64,000 nt of DNA from Planctomycetota bacterium (GCA_039190745.1 JBCCXZ010000004.1:32001-96000); one strand, 5' to 3'; counted from the first letter of the stretch, positions 49,893 through 60,371 are shown. The notes: a model not told the origin generated them from the sequence alone. A program made the numbers and translations.

Positions 49893-52361
49893 TCACTCTT
49901 CGTAGGGCGTATCAATCGGGATGTCCTGCCGGCTGTTCACGTCCGGGCGTGGGTCGGGGCCGAGGCCCATGGCGAGGTGCGTTACCACCACAGTCATGCC
50001 GTTGAGCTGCGAGGCACGCGGCGAGACGGTCGGCCCCGCGGGCGTCTCGTCGAGCACAGCCACCAGCCGGGTCTCGCTCCGCTGGGCGTAGGCAGGGTCT
50101 TCCTTGCCGGCGAATCGGAACGCTTCGAGAAGCACCGGGCCGATGTCGAAAGGCGGCTCGTCGAGCAGCTCGGCGGCCGATCGCCGCTCGTCGGTGAAAG
50201 GCACGCCCCCCTCATCGAGCGACTCCCGCGACATCGCCAGCGGCGTGGTGTTGATCAGCACGCTCTCGCCCGGCTGGACGTCGCCCAGCCAGCAGCCGCG
50301 GTACGTGGGCGGGCCCTCGGTCGAGGGGGTGAACTCCACGATCGCCGCGTCCCGCAGGCGGAGTTCGCTGCGGTTCTCCAACTGGCGGTGGCCGCGGGAA
50401 GAGACGCCGAGCCGCACCGGGCCTTCTAGCTCCGCGATCTCCTCGGCGTGCATCATGGTGGTCGCCGCGGAGGGTACGGTCAGCCCGCGCAGCTCAGACT
50501 CATTCGTCTTCTCCGAAACCACCGGGAACACGCGGTCGCTGATCGTCCGCGAGGTCTGTTCCCCCCGCGACTGGGTGGAAAACGGCAGGGCGAGCGCCCG
50601 AGGGTCGTCGTAGGTGAGGTCGTAGGTCGTTGAGAGCGATGTGTAGAACGCGGCGTAGCGGGAGAGCCGACCGCGGTCGTGCCCGCCATACAGTTCGAGC
50701 ACGGCCACCTCGTTCTGCGAGCGGACAAAGCCGATGTCGAGCTGCGCCTGCTGGACGACTACCACCGTTCCGACCACCGCGATTACGGGCGCGGCGAGCC
50801 AGGCCCACTCGACGCGGCCGAGGGTGTAGAAGATGGCCCAGTTGAGCGGCACGAGGACCAGAAGGTAAGCGGCAAGGCACGCAACCACGAAGCCCGAACC
50901 GGGCACCGTGACGCCGGCCGCCTCGCGGAGTACCGAGCGTGCGGCCTCGGCGACGGGGCTGAAGCCGGTCCAGCCGGCGACGCCCTCGAGGCGGTCAACC
51001 GTTGCAACGGGCGGATTCGCCGCCCCGCCGAAAGTAATACTGTCGTACTCTAGGTCTACCAACACATTCGCCTCGGAACCGGAATCTCGCGAGAACAGCC
51101 GCACGGGGGTCGCGAGGTGGGAGTCGAGGCGGTACTCGGAAAGGTGGGCCCATTCCGCGCGGAGCCCGCCGTAGGGGCCCCTGGCAAAGCGGCGGGCCGG
51201 GCGGCGGAAGAGCGCCCCGTTCAAGAACCCGTCAAAGCCCTTCCAGTTCAAAAACTCACGCTGCGTCAGGCGGAACGCCGTGGTCACCACCGACCCGCGT
51301 CCCACCGGGTGTTCGACCACGAGCCCGCCCGTGCCGATCATGGGGACGGCCGCCTCGCTCGGCTTCAGCCGCACCGCAGGCCACGGGCTCAACGCATTCG
51401 TCGGCTCACGCCGCATGCCTCTGAGGCGGTTGCCCCAAAACAAGTTCAGCTCGCTGAGGTCTGCTTCTTTCAGTTCCGTCGTCGCGTCGCCGCTGGCGGA
51501 GAGGTAACCCTCAAGGAATGAGCCGCGGAGCAAATCTAGCGAGCCCGGCCCGCTCACGATCAGCCGCCCGCCCCAATGGAGCCAGTCGACGAGCGAGTCC
51601 TGCTGGCGGGGCGTCAGGCGCTCCGGGTCGAGGCGGTCCCAAACCACGTACGCCACCGACGACATAGCCAGCGGGTTCTCCGGCACGGGCAGCCCGCCCT
51701 TGGCGCTGCCCGCGAGCACCACATGGTAGTACTGGTCGTACGGGTTGTCGTCGTCTTCGTACGGGCCGCGGACCGTGTCGGTCACTTTCAGGAAAGCGTA
51801 CTCGTCCGGCGAATCGGCCAGCACTAGCACGAAGTACTGGTAGGAAGGCATCCGCTGCAGCGCGGCGGTCGACTCGGCCAGTTCTCGCCCGGCCCCGCGG
51901 CGGCGGAGGGCCGAGGAAACGAGCGCACCCTTGCCGATCGCGTTCGGGACGAACACCTCGGTCTCGATCCGCTTCGGCCGGCCCTTCGAGAGCACCACGG
52001 GCCGTTGCGACCGGAGCGAGAAGTCGGTTTGCGGCAGCAGCACCGGGGCTTCGTCGCCGGTGAGCACACGGGCCGAGGTCTCACCGACGAAGTCGTCGTA
52101 GTTGGCTTTCATCCGCTGGGCGACCACCATCCAGTGGCCCGGTTTCACGAGCACGCGGGGGCGGTCGTCCTCCGCGCCCTCTTCAGCAACCAACCCGGGG
52201 TCGAGCAGCGGCCGGGTGGGGGTCAACTCGAGGTCATCCTTCTTCTTGTTTTCGTCTTCAGACTCGGCACCGGCGTCGGCGGAGTCTTCTGAGTTGCACC
52301 CGCCGCAGCCGAGCGTGCAAACCAACACCGAAACAAGAAGCAGAGTCGCAACGCGACGCAT
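49893..52361 (-). CDS. Large membrane protein, probable ABC-2 accessory component
   Basis: Lipoprotein-like N-terminus, LVDWLHWGGRLIV, TM pair YLLVLVPLNW..WLAAPVI; upstream of the ABC ATPase; start may be 52427. Confidence 0.75.
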   Translation of the reverse strand: MRRVATLLLVSVLVCTLGCGGCNSEDSADAGAESEDENKKKDDLELTPTRPLLDPGLVAEEGAEDDRPRVLVKPGHWMVVAQRMKANYDDFVGETSARVLTGDEAPVLLPQTDFSLRSQRPVVLSKGRPKRIETEVFVPNAIGKGALVSSALRRRGAGRELAESTAALQRMPSYQYFVLVLADSPDEYAFLKVTDTVRGPYEDDDNPYDQYYHVVLAGSAKGGLPVPENPLAMSSVAYVVWDRLDPERLTPRQQDSLVDWLHWGGRLIVSGPGSLDLLRGSFLEGYLSASGDATTELKEADLSELNLFWGNRLRGMRREPTNALSPWPAVRLKPSEAAVPMIGTGGLVVEHPVGRGSVVTTAFRLTQREFLNWKGFDGFLNGALFRRPARRFARGPYGGLRAEWAHLSEYRLDSHLATPVRLFSRDSGSEANVLVDLEYDSITFGGAANPPVATVDRLEGVAGWTGFSPVAEAARSVLREAAGVTVPGSGFVVACLAAYLLVLVPLNWAIFYTLGRVEWAWLAAPVIAVVGTVVVVQQAQLDIGFVRSQNEVAVLELYGGHDRGRLSRYAAFYTSLSTTYDLTYDDPRALALPFSTQSRGEQTSRTISDRVFPVVSEKTNESELRGLTVPSAATTMMHAEEIAELEGPVRLGVSSRGHRQLENRSELRLRDAAIVEFTPSTEGPPTYRGCWLGDVQPGESVLINTTPLAMSRESLDEGGVPFTDERRSAAELLDEPPFDIGPVLLEAFRFAGKEDPAYAQRSETRLVAVLDETPAGPTVSPRASQLNGMTVVVTHLAMGLGPDPRPDVNSRQDIPIDTPYEE

Positions 52362-52471
52362 TGCGGCGCCGAGGAGCGCAGCGCGGTCAAGACCGTGTGT
52401 GGACGTTAGCGAGCGCTGGACGGGCATACGCAAACGGGGGCTCTGTTCCGTGGTTTTGCCTCGCACTCAGT

Positions 52472-54124
52472 CTAACGCAACCGCTGCGTGTCGGCACGTA
52501 GCCGCCCAACCCGCAGGCAGGCGGCGGCAATCGCCGCGGACGCGGCAACGCCCAGCAGCAACGCCAGGCAGAGCGCAGCCACGTCGTCCTGGGCCCCGTA
52601 GTGCAGCAGGCTGAACGTGCGCATCGTCAGGGTCGCGGCCCCCGGCGGAGCCACCAGCAGGGTCGCCCCGGCATCGGCCCCGGCGTGGACCAGCGCGAGC
52701 AGCCACGCCGCCGCGAGCGCGGGCAGCCGCATCGGCACGGCGATCCGCAGCAGCGTCGACCACCAACCAGCCCCGTCCGACCGGGCGGCGGAGATTATAT
52801 CGGCGGGCACGGTCGACAGCGGCAGCCCAACCAGCAACAGGGCCAGCGGCCCGGCGCGCACCGCCTGCACCACGACCGGCGCGAGCACGGTGTGGTCGTA
52901 CCACCAACTCAAGGCGGCCAGCGGCGAGTCGGGCGGCTGGTTCAGCAGCTTGATCAGCCAGACGGCAAGCACTGGCGAAGGCGTCGCCAACGCGGCGGCC
53001 CCCAACACAAGCAGCACGCCGACCGGCAGTCGGCCCGTGCGGACCGCCCAGGCCAATGGCACAGCGAGTCCGACGGCAAGCGTAGACGCGCCGCCGGCGA
53101 TCACCAGCGACCAGAACACCTCGCGGCGGTGACGGTAAGGGCTCGCTGCGACCAAGCCCGCGGCCTTCGCGGCCGACCAGCCGCGATAGTAGCCGTCGTC
53201 GGTTTGCTCGACCTCGACGCCGGCTTTGGCGAAGAGGCTCACGGCCGGCGTCGCGACTACCGGCACCAGCACCGCGAGGCAAACGGCCCCACCGAGCAGC
53301 TTCGCACGCGGGTCGTCCCACCGCCATGCACCGCCCCAAGAGATCTGCGAACGGACCTCGGCCAACAACGGCGCGAGCCAACCAGCGGCGAGCAAACCGC
53401 CGCCGGCAAAAAGGCCGGCGAGCACGGCAACGCCGCCACCGAGATCGCCGCCGGTCAGGCCGGTTGCGCCGGGGGCGGGAGCGTCGATGGCTCCGAGCGC
53501 GGCCTGCGTGTAGACCTCTTCGGCAAACGTGCGCACCTGGAAGAAGTCGGTTGCGGAGATCTCCGTCACGCACGTCGCCGCCACCCACAGGGCGCCGGCG
53601 AGCACGCCCGGCGCCGTTTGCGGCAGGCTGATCCGCCGCAGGACGCCCAGCGGCTTGTTGTCTTGCAGGGCCGCTTCCTCTTGAGCAGGGTCGACCGTCC
53701 GCAACGCCGCCGCCGGCGCAACGGCCACCCACGCCACGCCGGCCATGCCGTGTACCCAAACCGCCCCCCGCCAACCGGCCAGCCACGCCCCGCCGCCCGC
53801 CGCATCGCCCCAACCCGTGAGCCAGCCGCCCGGGCCGAGCACGGTCTGCCAGGCAGCAGTCTGCACGCAGAGCGGCACAAACATCCAGCCGATCAGGCCC
53901 CACCACAGCAGCCGACGCCCTGGAGCGTTCGTCTTCTCGATCGCGACCGCAGCAAGCACCCCCAGCGGCACGCAGATCGCCAACGCCCCGGCGGTCAACC
54001 AACCCGAATGAGCCAACAGCCCGCGCACCCTAGGCCCGGCGAGAGTTCCGGCAACCACTGTGGCTAGCAGCACCGCCGCCGCGGGTGGGATGAATCGGCT
54101 TCGCGTTGTGCAAGCGTCTTGCAT
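52472..54124 (-). CDS. ABC transporter permease, Fe3+/thiamine (FbpB-like) type
   Basis: Two permease halves with EAA-like loops QEEAALQD and IISAARSDGA; start uncertain. Confidence 0.8.
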   Translation of the reverse strand: MQDACTTRSRFIPPAAAVLLATVVAGTLAGPRVRGLLAHSGWLTAGALAICVPLGVLAAVAIEKTNAPGRRLLWWGLIGWMFVPLCVQTAAWQTVLGPGGWLTGWGDAAGGGAWLAGWRGAVWVHGMAGVAWVAVAPAAALRTVDPAQEEAALQDNKPLGVLRRISLPQTAPGVLAGALWVAATCVTEISATDFFQVRTFAEEVYTQAALGAIDAPAPGATGLTGGDLGGGVAVLAGLFAGGGLLAAGWLAPLLAEVRSQISWGGAWRWDDPRAKLLGGAVCLAVLVPVVATPAVSLFAKAGVEVEQTDDGYYRGWSAAKAAGLVAASPYRHRREVFWSLVIAGGASTLAVGLAVPLAWAVRTGRLPVGVLLVLGAAALATPSPVLAVWLIKLLNQPPDSPLAALSWWYDHTVLAPVVVQAVRAGPLALLLVGLPLSTVPADIISAARSDGAGWWSTLLRIAVPMRLPALAAAWLLALVHAGADAGATLLVAPPGAATLTMRTFSLLHYGAQDDVAALCLALLLGVAASAAIAAACLRVGRLRADTQRLR

Positions 54125-54242
54125 GCTTCCCAGACTATCTGCCCGCCGTCCGGGCCGCGACCTGTGACTGTGGTTGACGCCCTCACTGGCCGATTGATAG
54201 GGAGACCACTCGCCAGATCCTTGCCCAGATCGGAGGAACGCG

Positions 54243-54452
54243 ATGACTCGCCTCGTACTGCTGCTCGCTCTTGCCTGCACTTCCAGCATCGGCTGCAAAA
54301 TGCCTGGTACGGGTGTCTTTCGATACTGGGACAGCCGGGACCAGAACGCCCCCAGCCCGATGGAAGAAGACGACCGCCTCGAGGGCTGGGAGCAGTACTG
54401 GCAGGAGCACCCCGAGCAGAACAAGGTTATGAACGAGGCCTTCAGCCAGTGA
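54243..54452 (+). CDS. Small lipoprotein, 69 aa
   Basis: GGAGG RBS; hydrophobic N-terminus plus SIGC; C-terminal WEQYWQEHPEQNKVMNEAFSQ. Confidence 0.75.
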   Translation: MTRLVLLLALACTSSIGCKMPGTGVFRYWDSRDQNAPSPMEEDDRLEGWEQYWQEHPEQNKVMNEAFSQ

Positions 54453-54772
54453 GTCCTCGAAGCCTAGCCTGGCTGCTGTCCCTCGCTTTGGTATTCGGAT
54501 GCACGAGCTTTGGCGGTCCGGGCTATAAGGCCAAGAAAGCCGTCCGCAAGGTCACCGGCTTCGTGGTCGGGACCGCGTCTCATGCGGCGGTCGACGTCGC
54601 CTCCGACATCGCCGTGGGTGGCGTTCTTGACAAAGCCACGGGCAGCGACAGCACTGCCAGCAGCTCACACGCAAGCCGGGAAAAACAAAGAGAGGTTCAG
54701 GGCAGCTGGAAACGATACTGGCAGCAGAACCCGGATCGGAACCCGGCCATGGCCAAAGCCTTTAGCGACTAG
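54449..54772 (+). CDS. Small lipoprotein, 107 aa, sharing a C-terminal motif with the upstream ORF
   Basis: GTGA start/stop overlap; LALVFGC lipobox; C-terminal WKRYWQQNPDRNPAMAKAFSD. Confidence 0.75.
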   Translation: MSPRSLAWLLSLALVFGCTSFGGPGYKAKKAVRKVTGFVVGTASHAAVDVASDIAVGGVLDKATGSDSTASSSHASREKQREVQGSWKRYWQQNPDRNPAMAKAFSD

Positions 54773-54962
54773 CAGACTGTGGCGTCGTCAGACTGTGATG
54801 CCGTCAGACCGCGGTGCCGTCGCACTTGGCGGCTCGATTGCCGTAGACTCGATTGGCATAGAACGGCCACCGAGAGTTTGCTAGTTTCCGCCGCCGCCGC
54901 CCTGCCCTTCTGGGCGCCGGCCGCGATTCTGCTCAATCTGCAAGCTCCTCGAATCTCTTCGC

Positions 54963-55643
54963 ATGGCCGCAAACACCACGCTCAGCTCTCCGTACTGGCT
55001 CGCCGTCGCCGTGTTGGCGGGGACGCTCGCAGGCTGCCATTCCGGCCCGTTCGCGCCGAAGGAACGCACGTCGATCGTGACGCCCCACACACGCATCGCC
55101 GCGATCGAGGAGACAGCCAGCAAGGCCGACGGATCGCAGAGCGAGGAGCAGATCGACCTGACCAACCGGCTCGCCCAGCAGATCCAGAGCGAATCCGACC
55201 CCGTCGTCCGGCGTTCGATCCAGAGGGCGATCGGCGAGTTCCGCACGCCCATGGCCCGCAGCGTGCTGCTGGCCGGCCTGCAGGACACCGACCCCAAAGT
55301 CCGCATCACGTGTTGCGCGAAACTAGGCGAACGGGGCGAATCTATGGCCGTCCCCGCCCTGGCCCGGGTGCTGCAATCGGACGAGGAGTTCGACGTGCGG
55401 ATCGCCGCGGTCGACGCCCTCGGCCTGATCGACTCGCCCGCGGCGGTGCAGGCCCTCGGCAAGGCGCTCGCCGACCGCGACCCGGCCATGCAGTTCGCCG
55501 GCATTCAGGCTCTGAAGGACTCCACCGGCGAGAGCTTCAACGGCGACGTCGAGTCGTGGCAGCAGTACGTCAACAGCCGGACCCCCGCCGCCTCCGACAC
55601 GGTTCAGCTGGCCGAGCAGCCCGGCGAAACGAACCGATTCTGA
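54963..55643 (+). CDS. HEAT-repeat lipoprotein
   Basis: LAGC lipobox; repeats DPVVRR, DTDPKVR, DVRIAAVDALG, DRDPAMQ. Confidence 0.85.
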   Translation: MAANTTLSSPYWLAVAVLAGTLAGCHSGPFAPKERTSIVTPHTRIAAIEETASKADGSQSEEQIDLTNRLAQQIQSESDPVVRRSIQRAIGEFRTPMARSVLLAGLQDTDPKVRITCCAKLGERGESMAVPALARVLQSDEEFDVRIAAVDALGLIDSPAAVQALGKALADRDPAMQFAGIQALKDSTGESFNGDVESWQQYVNSRTPAASDTVQLAEQPGETNRF

Positions 55644-55878
55644 GCCGATTGGCTCAAGCCCGACCCCTGCGCGAATCGGGGGTTTCTCGCTGAATTCCCG
55701 GCCCGATCTGCCCGATACCAAGAGTCATCGGGACACCTCATCCGGGCGATGCAGACGCGCGTTCGTCGCGCGATCTAGGCGCGGCACGCACGAGTAGGCA
55801 GCCCCGGGTGCGCCGATAACGGCTTTGGCAGCCGACGCGGAGCGCTAGCGCATCGCGTCTGAAGGGGGGAATCTGTAG

Positions 55879-57477
55879 ATGCGTTCATCCTTGAGGGCCA
55901 GTGTGCGCACGCGTGCCGGCATGCTGTCGTTGGCGGCATGGGCCGTGTGCGTGGTTGCGGGTATCTCCGCTCTCGCAACGGCCTCACCGGGAACCTGGAT
56001 CGTTCTCGATCCGTCGATCGAGCCCCAGGACTTGGCGGCCGAGCAGATCGTCACCGGCATTGTGGAGCAGAGCTCCCAGCCAAAGTGGGTGGCCCCCCGT
56101 GTCAGCCGTCGTAAGTCGATCACGGCGAAGCAGCCGTCTAGTGACACGGACTCCACCAACCGCAGCAGCGGCATCCGCTGGATCAAGCCAGATCTCGTCA
56201 AGCCCGAAGAGAACGGGCCGAAGCTCGGCCCGGCTCAGCCGGCTGAGCCGAAGACTGCCGCTCCGGCTGAAGAACGGCTCGCTCGCCGACCTTCTGCCTC
56301 GAACGACTTAGCCTTATCAACCGACAAAGAAGCCGAGACGCTCCCGCAACAAGAAGCCAGCGACGCGCCCCTGGCAACCGAGACCGCCGAAGCGGAGATA
56401 GCCTCCGCTTCCGATAAGCGGCCGGCGACCGAGCCAGCATTCCTAGAGGTCGCCGCCGACACAGCAGGACTTACACAGCAGCAGCAGCGGCTCAGAAAAA
56501 AGATCCGCCAGGTCCTTCGGCACTACTACAACCGACCGTTCAACACCCGCGACCGCAGCCCCTGGGAAATCATGCACGCGGCCCTTGCGTTCGAGGTGCA
56601 CAGCAAGGTGCTCCAGGGCGGCCCGACCGGCAAGCCGATCACCGCCATCGGCTGGCTCACCTTCAACCAGCCCTCCAAACGCCGCACGCTGATGCACTTC
56701 AATGACGCCGGCGACCTCCGGGTTCGTGTCGGCCCGGCCCTGCAGGGGCACCACGGGCAGCTGCTGGCCATCCTCGCCCAAACCCGCGTCGGGTCCGACT
56801 ACCCGCTGGAAGTCGACGGCGACCAAATGACCATCGACGACCTCATCGAGATGGAGAAGCTCACCTGCTACCCCCGGACCGAGCTCACGTTCAAACTGAT
56901 CGGGCTCTCCCACTACCTGCCCTCCGACGCCCGGTGGGTGAACGACCAGGGCCAGTCCTGGGACGTCCGCCGGCTGATCCGTGAGGAGATCCGCCAGCCG
57001 GTTCGCGGCGCCGCCTGCGGCGGCACCCACCGCTTGGGCGGGCTCACCCTGGCCTACAAGAAGCGCATCCAACGCGGCGAACCGGTCGACGGCGAATACC
57101 TCCAGGCCCAACAGTTCTGCCGCAAGTACCAGAACTACGCTTACCGTCTGCAGAACTCCGACGGCAGCCTCAGCACCGAGTGGTTCCGAGGCCCCGGCTC
57201 CGAACCCGACACCGACAGGCGTCTCAAGACCACCGGCCACTTGCTGGAGTGGCTGCTGTACGTCTCGACCGAAAAGGAGCGGGCCTACTGGCGTACCACG
57301 CGAGCAGCCAATTACCTGGCGAACCTCATGCTCCGCAACCGCTACCGCGACTGGGAGGCCGGGCCGCTGGGGCACGCCATCCACGCCCTGGTGCTCTACG
57401 ACCGGATGGTCTTCCAAGAAGACCTGGCGGCTCCTTCCGATGTCGCGAGCCAACCCCGCGCCGGCAATCGGCGTTAG
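55879..57477 (+). CDS. Secreted hypothetical protein (low-complexity N-half, helical C-domain)
   Basis: Signal-like segment; QGHHGQLLAIL, ACGGTHRL, LQNSDGSLS, TTGHLLEWL; start may be 55921. Confidence 0.75.
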   Translation: MRSSLRASVRTRAGMLSLAAWAVCVVAGISALATASPGTWIVLDPSIEPQDLAAEQIVTGIVEQSSQPKWVAPRVSRRKSITAKQPSSDTDSTNRSSGIRWIKPDLVKPEENGPKLGPAQPAEPKTAAPAEERLARRPSASNDLALSTDKEAETLPQQEASDAPLATETAEAEIASASDKRPATEPAFLEVAADTAGLTQQQQRLRKKIRQVLRHYYNRPFNTRDRSPWEIMHAALAFEVHSKVLQGGPTGKPITAIGWLTFNQPSKRRTLMHFNDAGDLRVRVGPALQGHHGQLLAILAQTRVGSDYPLEVDGDQMTIDDLIEMEKLTCYPRTELTFKLIGLSHYLPSDARWVNDQGQSWDVRRLIREEIRQPVRGAACGGTHRLGGLTLAYKKRIQRGEPVDGEYLQAQQFCRKYQNYAYRLQNSDGSLSTEWFRGPGSEPDTDRRLKTTGHLLEWLLYVSTEKERAYWRTTRAANYLANLMLRNRYRDWEAGPLGHAIHALVLYDRMVFQEDLAAPSDVASQPRAGNRR

Positions 57478-57614
57478 AGCGACCTGTCTGCCGCACAGCT
57501 CTGCCCCGGCCACTACCCGCCCGCATTGTGCCCCGCTGCGCGGTGGTCTACATTGCACCGGGTAAGGCCATTCTGGTCACTTTTTTGCGGAACCGTCGGC
57601 CCCTGCCGCGTGCT

Positions 57615-58550
57615 ATGCCACCAGCCAGCAAGTTCTCTGAACAACTCAAGTCGATCTGTTCCGCGGCGGCTCGGCTTGGCAAACAGCAGGACGCAGAAGC
57701 CCTTCTGGTGCTCGTCGAGCGGCAGCTCAAGTGGAGCGAACTCAGGGACAACCTCGGCTCGTGGAAGATTATCGTCGCCGCCGACCGCGAGGAGCACCTC
57801 GAGGGCAGCAAAGAGGCGGGCTTCGACTCGATCCTGCTGACCGTGCCCGACAGCCCCGTCCACGACCAGCTCACCCAGGCGATGCTCGAGAGCGTCGCCG
57901 ACGACCTCCTAGCGCCCGGCGCCCTTGTCGTCGCCCTGTATAGCGGCTTCGACGTCGGATCGATCGACTCGATGAGCGTCATCCGCCTCGACGAGCACCT
58001 CGGCCGCCTCACCGTCCGCGACCTCCGTCAGCTCGAAACCCGCGTGCCCCTGGAAGTGCTCAAGCAGGCGGTCGATCTAGCCGTGGATATCGGCCGCGAG
58101 GGCCGCGAGGGCAAACCGGTCGGCACGCTGATCGTCGTCGGCGACCACCGCAAGGTGCTCAAGCACTGCCGGCCGATGGGCTTCGACCCCGTGAAGGGCT
58201 ACAACTCCGCCGAGCGGAAGCTCGACGAGAGCCGCGTCCGCGAGTCGATCAAAGAAATCGCCCAGCTCGACGGGGCGATCGTCGTCAGCGCCGACGGAAC
58301 CGTAGCGGCCGCCTGCCAGCATCTCTCCGCCCCGTCGGCGGAACTGACCCTCAGCAAGGGCCTCGGCGCCCGCCACTGGGCCGCCGCCTCGATCAGCCGC
58401 GCCACCGCCGCGATCGCAATCGCCGTCAGCGAGTCGAACGGCACGGTGCGCATCTTCCAAGACGGCGAGGTGATGCTCCGCGTCGAGCCCTTCCGCAGGG
58501 CGATGAAGTGGAAAGACTTCGAGTACGACCCGCCCGGCTCGGGGGACTGA
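57615..58550 (+). CDS. Diadenylate cyclase (DisA_N/DAC domain), DacZ-like
   Basis: GREGKPVGTL, KEIAQLDGA, GLGARHWAA, AVSES. Confidence 0.85.
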   Translation: MPPASKFSEQLKSICSAAARLGKQQDAEALLVLVERQLKWSELRDNLGSWKIIVAADREEHLEGSKEAGFDSILLTVPDSPVHDQLTQAMLESVADDLLAPGALVVALYSGFDVGSIDSMSVIRLDEHLGRLTVRDLRQLETRVPLEVLKQAVDLAVDIGREGREGKPVGTLIVVGDHRKVLKHCRPMGFDPVKGYNSAERKLDESRVRESIKEIAQLDGAIVVSADGTVAAACQHLSAPSAELTLSKGLGARHWAAASISRATAAIAIAVSESNGTVRIFQDGEVMLRVEPFRRAMKWKDFEYDPPGSGD

Positions 58551-58592
58551 CCGCCCGTGGACGGATCGCCCACCGGCGACGCCGAGAGGCTT

Positions 58593-60257
58593 CTACCCAG
58601 CGGTGCGTATGCGGCTCTTGCCGAGGGTAATAAGCCCTACCAGAGAAACCAACCCGACCGAAGACGGCTCAGGTACCGATGTAGCCGCCGGCAGCGGACC
58701 GGTGTACTGCTGCTGCCAAATCATCAGGTCGGCGAGGTCCGCGTCGGCGTCGAAATCGGCATCCCCGAAATCATCGAGCGGCAGCAATCCGAACTGGACG
58801 CCGAGGTCCCAAGAAATGAGATCCAAGTTATCAACATCGCCATCGTCGTCGAAGTCGGCAGTCGGCACCGGCTCGACCACCGAGAAGCTGATCGGCATCG
58901 AAAAGCTGCCCGCCTCAACCGCCTGACTGCTGCTGGTAACGGTGATCGTGCCGGACTTACCCGCCCCCAGCGTCGACGTGTCCAGCTCAATCTGTTCCAT
59001 CTGCGCGCCGCCGGTGGCGGGGTCTAGACCGAGAATCTCGCCCATCGGATCGCCGCCGATCAGAAGATCGCCCGATACGGTAATCGAGTAGTCCAGCTCG
59101 TCGGCGCCGTTCACGTTGAGGGCATTCGCGATGTTCTCGATCATCACGTCAACGCTAACCGCCTCGCCCAAGTCAACCTCGGTTGGAACAGCCCCCACGA
59201 CAACGTCCATCCAAGCCGGCAGCTGGTAGTCGGCCACCACCGGCAGGTGGTCACTGAAGTCGTGCAACGCCTGCAGCACGTTCGCGGGCTGCGAACGACC
59301 AATCGAGGGCGTCGTAATCGCTTGGTTGTACGACGTGCCGTCGTTTCCAAAGGCTTGGTACGAGTGGTCGAGCGACTCGAGCCCCGTTGAAGTGGGGCCG
59401 ATATAAGAGAGCCCTTCACCGTCGAGCAGGTCGTCAGAGATGATCTGCAGGTCAAACCTGTCGTCCATCCCGCTGCCGGCCCCGCCGCCGAAGCTGACGT
59501 TCCGCGTCGACTGGGTCATGTGCTCGGCCTCGAATAAGCTCGGCCAAGAAGCCAGCTGCAACGGATCGGACGCACTGGTGTTGCCGTTGCCGCCCTGCAA
59601 ATTCGCGTACCCGGCCTCAAAGCTGTCGCCGTAATTGAAGTCTCCCGCAAAAATCACATTCGCATCAGCGCCCAAAGCATCTGCGTTCGCTACGATCACG
59701 TTGCTGGCCGCAGCCCGAGAGGCAATATCGCTAGGCCCGTCATCCGCCTTAAGGTGTGCTGAGTAAACGTAGAGGTCCGCGTCGGGGCTCGTGTAACCGA
59801 CGGGGCGGAATTGGGCTCGGAGGGTGAACCGACCGTTTGGCCCGCCGGAAGTCTGGGCTGTGCCGAGCAAAGACAGTGTCGAGGTATCGTAAACAATCCC
59901 CGTGCGATCGAAGCCGTTGTTGGTCAGCATCGAGGTGTAGCTGGTCACGCCGTACAGGGCGTTGAGTTGGTCGGCCATGTCGACGGCCGTGCCGCTCGTC
60001 GAGGAGATGCCGGTCTGCTCTTGGACGGCGATCACGTCTACCCGCTTCGCGACGCCATTGACCGACTTGATGCCGATAGCTTCCATGATCGTCTGGAAGT
60101 CTGTGTTTTCAGCTGATGTCGTGGGGTTGTCGAGCGTATTGTAGGACACCACACGGATGGCGGCCTGCAATCGCGACGGTGCGACCGAGACGGCCAAGAT
60201 CAGGAATGCTGTGCTGACAACAACAAGGCTTAAGCGAGGCTTGGTTTGCATCGGCAT
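58593..60257 (-). CDS. Secreted endonuclease/exonuclease/phosphatase (EEP) family PEP-CTERM protein
   Basis: IRVVSYN, AVQE, HLKA, AGDFN, DRFD, SDHLPV; dockerin-like repeats; VPEP tail. Confidence 0.88.
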   Translation of the reverse strand: MPMQTKPRLSLVVVSTAFLILAVSVAPSRLQAAIRVVSYNTLDNPTTSAENTDFQTIMEAIGIKSVNGVAKRVDVIAVQEQTGISSTSGTAVDMADQLNALYGVTSYTSMLTNNGFDRTGIVYDTSTLSLLGTAQTSGGPNGRFTLRAQFRPVGYTSPDADLYVYSAHLKADDGPSDIASRAAASNVIVANADALGADANVIFAGDFNYGDSFEAGYANLQGGNGNTSASDPLQLASWPSLFEAEHMTQSTRNVSFGGGAGSGMDDRFDLQIISDDLLDGEGLSYIGPTSTGLESLDHSYQAFGNDGTSYNQAITTPSIGRSQPANVLQALHDFSDHLPVVADYQLPAWMDVVVGAVPTEVDLGEAVSVDVMIENIANALNVNGADELDYSITVSGDLLIGGDPMGEILGLDPATGGAQMEQIELDTSTLGAGKSGTITVTSSSQAVEAGSFSMPISFSVVEPVPTADFDDDGDVDNLDLISWDLGVQFGLLPLDDFGDADFDADADLADLMIWQQQYTGPLPAATSVPEPSSVGLVSLVGLITLGKSRIRTAG

Positions 60258-60339
60258 AGGGATAGGGATCTCGTTCTTGGCCCGCATTCGGTTTGGCAGA
60301 GAGGGCGGAACAATTCTTAGTGAGAAGAGTGCTCTCTAG

Positions 60340-60371
60340 AGCCCCTTGGCGTGGTAGCCCCTTGGCGCGGT
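60340..60371. repeat. 16-bp tandem duplication
   Basis: AGCCCCTTGGCGTGGT AGCCCCTTGGCGCGGT (one mismatch). Confidence 0.7.
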
